Origin: Clostridiales bacterium UBA1775
Lineage (GTDB): Bacteria; Bacillota; Clostridia; Monoglobales; Firm-18
Assembly: GCA_002314595.1 (NCBI GenBank)
Contig: DCGP01000041.1
Coordinates: forward strand, 273-64,272
Reading direction: 5' to 3'
Length of the DNA stretch: 64,000 nucleotides
The notes under the pieces are model-generated. The model had not been told where the DNA came from. It did no database searches and saw only the letters and a program-made list of their open reading frames with translations. The translations under genes and the position numbers were made by a program. Below are positions 60,759 to 64,000 of this stretch, piece by piece (within the stretch, counting starts at the first letter, position 1; each line of letters opens with the position of its first letter).

Positions 60759-61682
60759 CTATTTAACGTACTTATTTACGACGGCGTCAATTTCTTCGTT
60801 GGTTTTTGGAACATCTACACCTAAAATAAGCTTCCAATTTTCCACATATTCCACAGTTTCACCAATGCCGACGGTCTGCAATTTGCCTATTGATTCACAT
60901 TCAATAATATCATCATTTGTATAAGATTCGCTGTTGCAGCCATAGTCCGGATATTCAGCGTCTTCTTCAAAATCAAAGGTTTTGATAAACAAATTGTTGT
61001 GGTTAAAATACATCATATAGCCTTCGTCGTTATTTGTACCAACCTTAAACGGATTTGGGTCATCAGATGTTGTAATTCGAACATATTTATCGTCCCAAGT
61101 AACACGCTTGTCGTTAATTTTAGCATAGGGCCACAAAATTATGTTTCTGTTGCTTAATTTTCGTGGTTGTTTTTGTGAAAGTGGCAATATTTCCAAACCA
61201 CCAAGTGCTAAAACTGTCAAAGCCCAAGGGGCAAACTTCTTTTCCCAAAGGCTTGTGTTTGTAACCCTGTGAATTACCTTAATTTCACCATTTTCAGCCA
61301 TTGTGATTTCTATTTGATTTTGCATACCAAGTTTTACTTGTTCTGGGGGTGTGAGAATTACTCCATTTTCAAGCAGTTCATATTTTATGGGATAATTTTC
61401 AGGCAAATATGACCTTGGAACAAGCTCCGGCGCATGCCATAGCCTATGGCCACCGTAGTTCATCCACACTTCGTCTTTTTTAAAGTAGTCAAACTCATTT
61501 AGACGCATTACAGATTTACGGTTTACATCTGCATAAAATTCGTTTTCTCCACCAACCTTGCCCAAGTGAATTATGCGTGGGCCAAGCTCTGTGGTAGCAT
61601 AAAATTCAATTTCCCCATTTGATACCCTAACGCACTTGCCAAAGGTTTTATAATCTTTCATTTCTACTGTTACTTTTGACAT
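60759..61682 (-). CDS. Hypothetical protein (family not recognised)
   Basis: A 307-aa ORF with an RBS-like GGAGG upstream. No motif I can assign; GGHRLWHAPE is the only conspicuous block. Confidence 0.55.
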   Translation of the reverse strand: MSKVTVEMKDYKTFGKCVRVSNGEIEFYATTELGPRIIHLGKVGGENEFYADVNRKSVMRLNEFDYFKKDEVWMNYGGHRLWHAPELVPRSYLPENYPIKYELLENGVILTPPEQVKLGMQNQIEITMAENGEIKVIHRVTNTSLWEKKFAPWALTVLALGGLEILPLSQKQPRKLSNRNIILWPYAKINDKRVTWDDKYVRITTSDDPNPFKVGTNNDEGYMMYFNHNNLFIKTFDFEEDAEYPDYGCNSESYTNDDIIECESIGKLQTVGIGETVEYVENWKLILGVDVPKTNEEIDAVVNKYVK

Positions 61683-61782
61683 ACATTTACCTCCAAAATT
61701 TACTATATATATTATTGCATATTTACATTAAAAAATCAATAGAAACCAAATTATATTTTATAAATGAAATATTAAATATAAA

Positions 61783-61813
61783 CAAAAAACAACCCCCGGG
61801 AAACCCGAGGGTT
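61783..61813 (-). terminator. Strong GC-rich intrinsic terminator of the surface-protein gene
   Basis: Reverse strand: AACCCTCGGG-TTT-CCCGGGGGTT followed by GTTTTTTGTT. Confidence 0.8.
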
Positions 61814-61851
61814 GAATTTTATTAAGGTTTAGTTAATCTAAACTCAGTTTA

Positions 61852-64000
61852 TTATTTTGAGATGTAGAATACTACGTCTACAACTTCATCGTCAACATAG
61901 AATAATGAAACATTTACTTTGCCTTTTACAGATTCTTTGTCAACTGTTAGAGCACCTGTATCTTCATCATAATCGATGTAATCGATATCTTGGTCAACTA
62001 AAGCCTTAGATCTTGATAGTCTGTCATTGTATACATATACGTTAGCTGACTTAACTTTGATTTCTTTACCATCAACAAAAATTGTGTTGTGTTTTGAATC
62101 AATCTTTGTTAATTTACCGTCAAGAGCTGCTTTATCTGTACCTAAGTTAGCACCAGTTTCACAAACTTTAACAGCGTTAAGTTCACCACTTGTTGTATAT
62201 ACAGGAATAATTAAAGAACCAACTTCAACATCGTCTTTAGTTAAATCTTCACTTGTATATGTTACAGCTTCGCCATCTTTATAACCATAGATGTAAACGA
62301 TATCGTCGCCATCAGCATTCTTAGATTCTGAAACCTTTGTTACAAATGTAGCATTGTCTGTTGAACCGAAGAATTCGTTATCGCCTCTAAGAACGATGCA
62401 ACCTACTACATCATCATCAGCGTCAACGTTGTAGATATCAGCACCCTTTAGGTTATCATCTTCTGCAAGATTTGAAAGAGCAACAACTTCTGAATCATCT
62501 GTTGGATGAAGTTTTGTATCATACTTAATGCTGAAGATTACTGTAGAAGCATCAAGATAAATTCTACCACTCTTACCGTCTACCTTGAATGACTTATCAT
62601 CAGGGTCATATGAATACAAGTTTGTTGTATCACGGTCTTTAGCTTCATATTCTAAAGCGAATTTCTTGTCTGTTGTATCTTTGCCTTGTAATGCTGTTTC
62701 AATTGCTGTAATTGAATCTGAAGAATTAGCTTTGAATGTGATAAGCTTGCCTTCTAAATCATTGATGAATTGTTCAGCATCTACTGCTTTGATTGATTTA
62801 GAACCATAAGCTTTTGTAGTATCAAATGTTGGTTCTTCACCATCAAAATATGCTGTAACTTTAACTGTCTTAGCAATATTGTAAATATAAATTGAGTTGT
62901 CTTTTGTTAATAATTGTAATTGGAATGTATCAGATGAGAAGCCTGTGCCTCTGTCTGTACCAATAACAAATGCATAGTTGTCTGAAACTGTTGATGTTGT
63001 ATCAACGTAAACAATCTTGTCTTTGTCATCTAAATAGAATGTACCTTCGTCGCCAACTTCAACATCGCCAAAAGCGTCATTTGTAATTTCATATTCTTTG
63101 TCGCCAATTACTACAACATAGTCATCTTCGTCACCTGATGTTTCATCAACTGTACCTGTAACTTTGTTGTCGATTACTCTTGCTTCAACGATTGTCTTGC
63201 TGCCAGTTTTAGCTGTCTTAACTAAAAGAACATCAAATTCGTTAAGTTCTGTCCAATCCATTGCAACACCGTTAGCATCTACTAATGTAGATTTAACTGT
63301 ATCGTCTTCTTCATCAAATACGATTGTAGCTGCACCATTCTTAGATTTAACCTTTGATGTTGAAGCTTTAACTTCGTCAACTACAAATACGCTTGAAGCG
63401 TTGATATAAATTGTATCATAATCTGTTGTTGAAGATGAATCTAAAAGAGCAAATTCGATTGAACCGCTTAATTCTTTGATATCAGTTCCGTTAACTTTTG
63501 TTCCAGCAAGGCAATTCTTAGCTGAGCCAACGTATACACCGTTGTAGTATACAGGAGAGTTAACGCTAACTGTGATTGTCTTCTTAGAATCAGCATCATT
63601 GAAGTATGTTACATCGCCTGCATCATAACCGTTATAGTCAGCAAGGTCAATTGTTAACTTATCTGAAATGTTTGTTTCATAGATAGACTTAACTGTGCAT
63701 TCGTTGTTGAATTCATCATAGTAGATGAAAGCAATAACTTTCTTACCAACAAACTTAGCAGCATCTGATGTACCAACCTTAGCTACCTTTGTACCATAAA
63801 TGCTAAACTTATTGTATAAAGCGTTTGTTACGTTAATTGTAACTGTTTCGTCGCCTGTTGATGAAGTCTTTGAAACTTCACTTGAATCTGTAACAGTACC
63901 CATTACCTTAACAACCTTGTGGTTTTCTGAAAGGATTGTCTTCTTAACGTTTGTTGTACCGTTTGTTGATGAATAACCATCGTTAATTACATATTGTGTG
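61852..64000 (-). CDS. Large Thr/Asp/Val/Lys-rich extracellular (S-layer-like or cell-wall-associated) protein, C-terminal 716 codons only
   Basis: The reading frame stays open from the stop at 61852 to the window edge; there is no in-frame stop between 63904 and 64000. The composition is acidic, Thr/Ser-rich and nearly Cys-free. A strong terminator follows. Confidence 0.55.
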   Translation of the reverse strand, partial: TQYVINDGYSSTNGTTNVKKTILSENHKVVKVMGTVTDSSEVSKTSSTGDETVTINVTNALYNKFSIYGTKVAKVGTSDAAKFVGKKVIAFIYYDEFNNECTVKSIYETNISDKLTIDLADYNGYDAGDVTYFNDADSKKTITVSVNSPVYYNGVYVGSAKNCLAGTKVNGTDIKELSGSIEFALLDSSSTTDYDTIYINASSVFVVDEVKASTSKVKSKNGAATIVFDEEDDTVKSTLVDANGVAMDWTELNEFDVLLVKTAKTGSKTIVEARVIDNKVTGTVDETSGDEDDYVVVIGDKEYEITNDAFGDVEVGDEGTFYLDDKDKIVYVDTTSTVSDNYAFVIGTDRGTGFSSDTFQLQLLTKDNSIYIYNIAKTVKVTAYFDGEEPTFDTTKAYGSKSIKAVDAEQFINDLEGKLITFKANSSDSITAIETALQGKDTTDKKFALEYEAKDRDTTNLYSYDPDDKSFKVDGKSGRIYLDASTVIFSIKYDTKLHPTDDSEVVALSNLAEDDNLKGADIYNVDADDDVVGCIVLRGDNEFFGSTDNATFVTKVSESKNADGDDIVYIYGYKDGEAVTYTSEDLTKDDVEVGSLIIPVYTTSGELNAVKVCETGANLGTDKAALDGKLTKIDSKHNTIFVDGKEIKVKSANVYVYNDRLSRSKALVDQDIDYIDYDEDTGALTVDKESVKGKVNVSLFYVDDEVVDVVFYISK

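Overview
This window is a low-GC chromosomal segment from a spore-forming Firmicute, most consistent with class Clostridia. The evidence is the yqfC-yqfD, ylbJ and spoIIAA-spoIIAB-sigF genes, a GTP-type PEP carboxykinase and a PPi-type phosphofructokinase.

Most of the window is densely packed housekeeping DNA:
- Replication, recombination and repair: a DnaD-like/DnaI-like loader pair, ruvC-ruvA, recO, rmuC, ruvX, comEC, holA, rnhB, yraN.
- Translation and ribosome biogenesis: trpS, ybeY, era, rsmA, rplS, rbgA, ybaK.
- Purine metabolism: purA, purB, and xpt followed by a BMP-family nucleoside ABC transporter.
- Central carbon metabolism: pckG, pfp, galE, aspartate aminotransferase.

RNA and regulatory elements readable directly from the sequence:
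- A guanine riboswitch with terminator and promoter upstream of xpt.
- A 6S RNA candidate with its own promoter and terminator (33.09-33.32 kb).
- Many intrinsic terminators and sigma-A-like promoters.

Accessory or unusual content:
1. A truncated BspA-like LRR surface protein built from near-perfect 69-bp tandem repeats (left edge).
2. A divergent glycyl-radical enzyme with no adjacent activase (15.8-18.0 kb).
3. An AT-rich two-gene module encoding an Lrp/AsnC regulator plus a free-standing RNA polymerase alpha-CTD paralogue (28.4-29.3 kb).
4. Two sugar/polyol-type clusters with DeoR and AraC regulators (33.3-40.7 kb).
5. An AT-rich type II restriction-modification island (C5-MTase plus a small PD-(D/E)XK-like endonuclease, 40.8-42.5 kb). 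Each gene has its own promoter, and a 12-bp inverted repeat brackets the endonuclease ORF.
6. A modular, strongly structured intergenic repeat family at three loci (15.5, 42.6 and 45.0 kb). I cannot assign it to any known element class.
7. A rubredoxin / reverse-rubrerythrin / PerR oxidative-stress set.
8. A large Thr/Asp/Val-rich surface (S-layer-like) protein running off the right edge.

Coordinates of starts were refined by eye from RBS context. No database search or folding computation was possible, so family names rest on recognisable motifs only.
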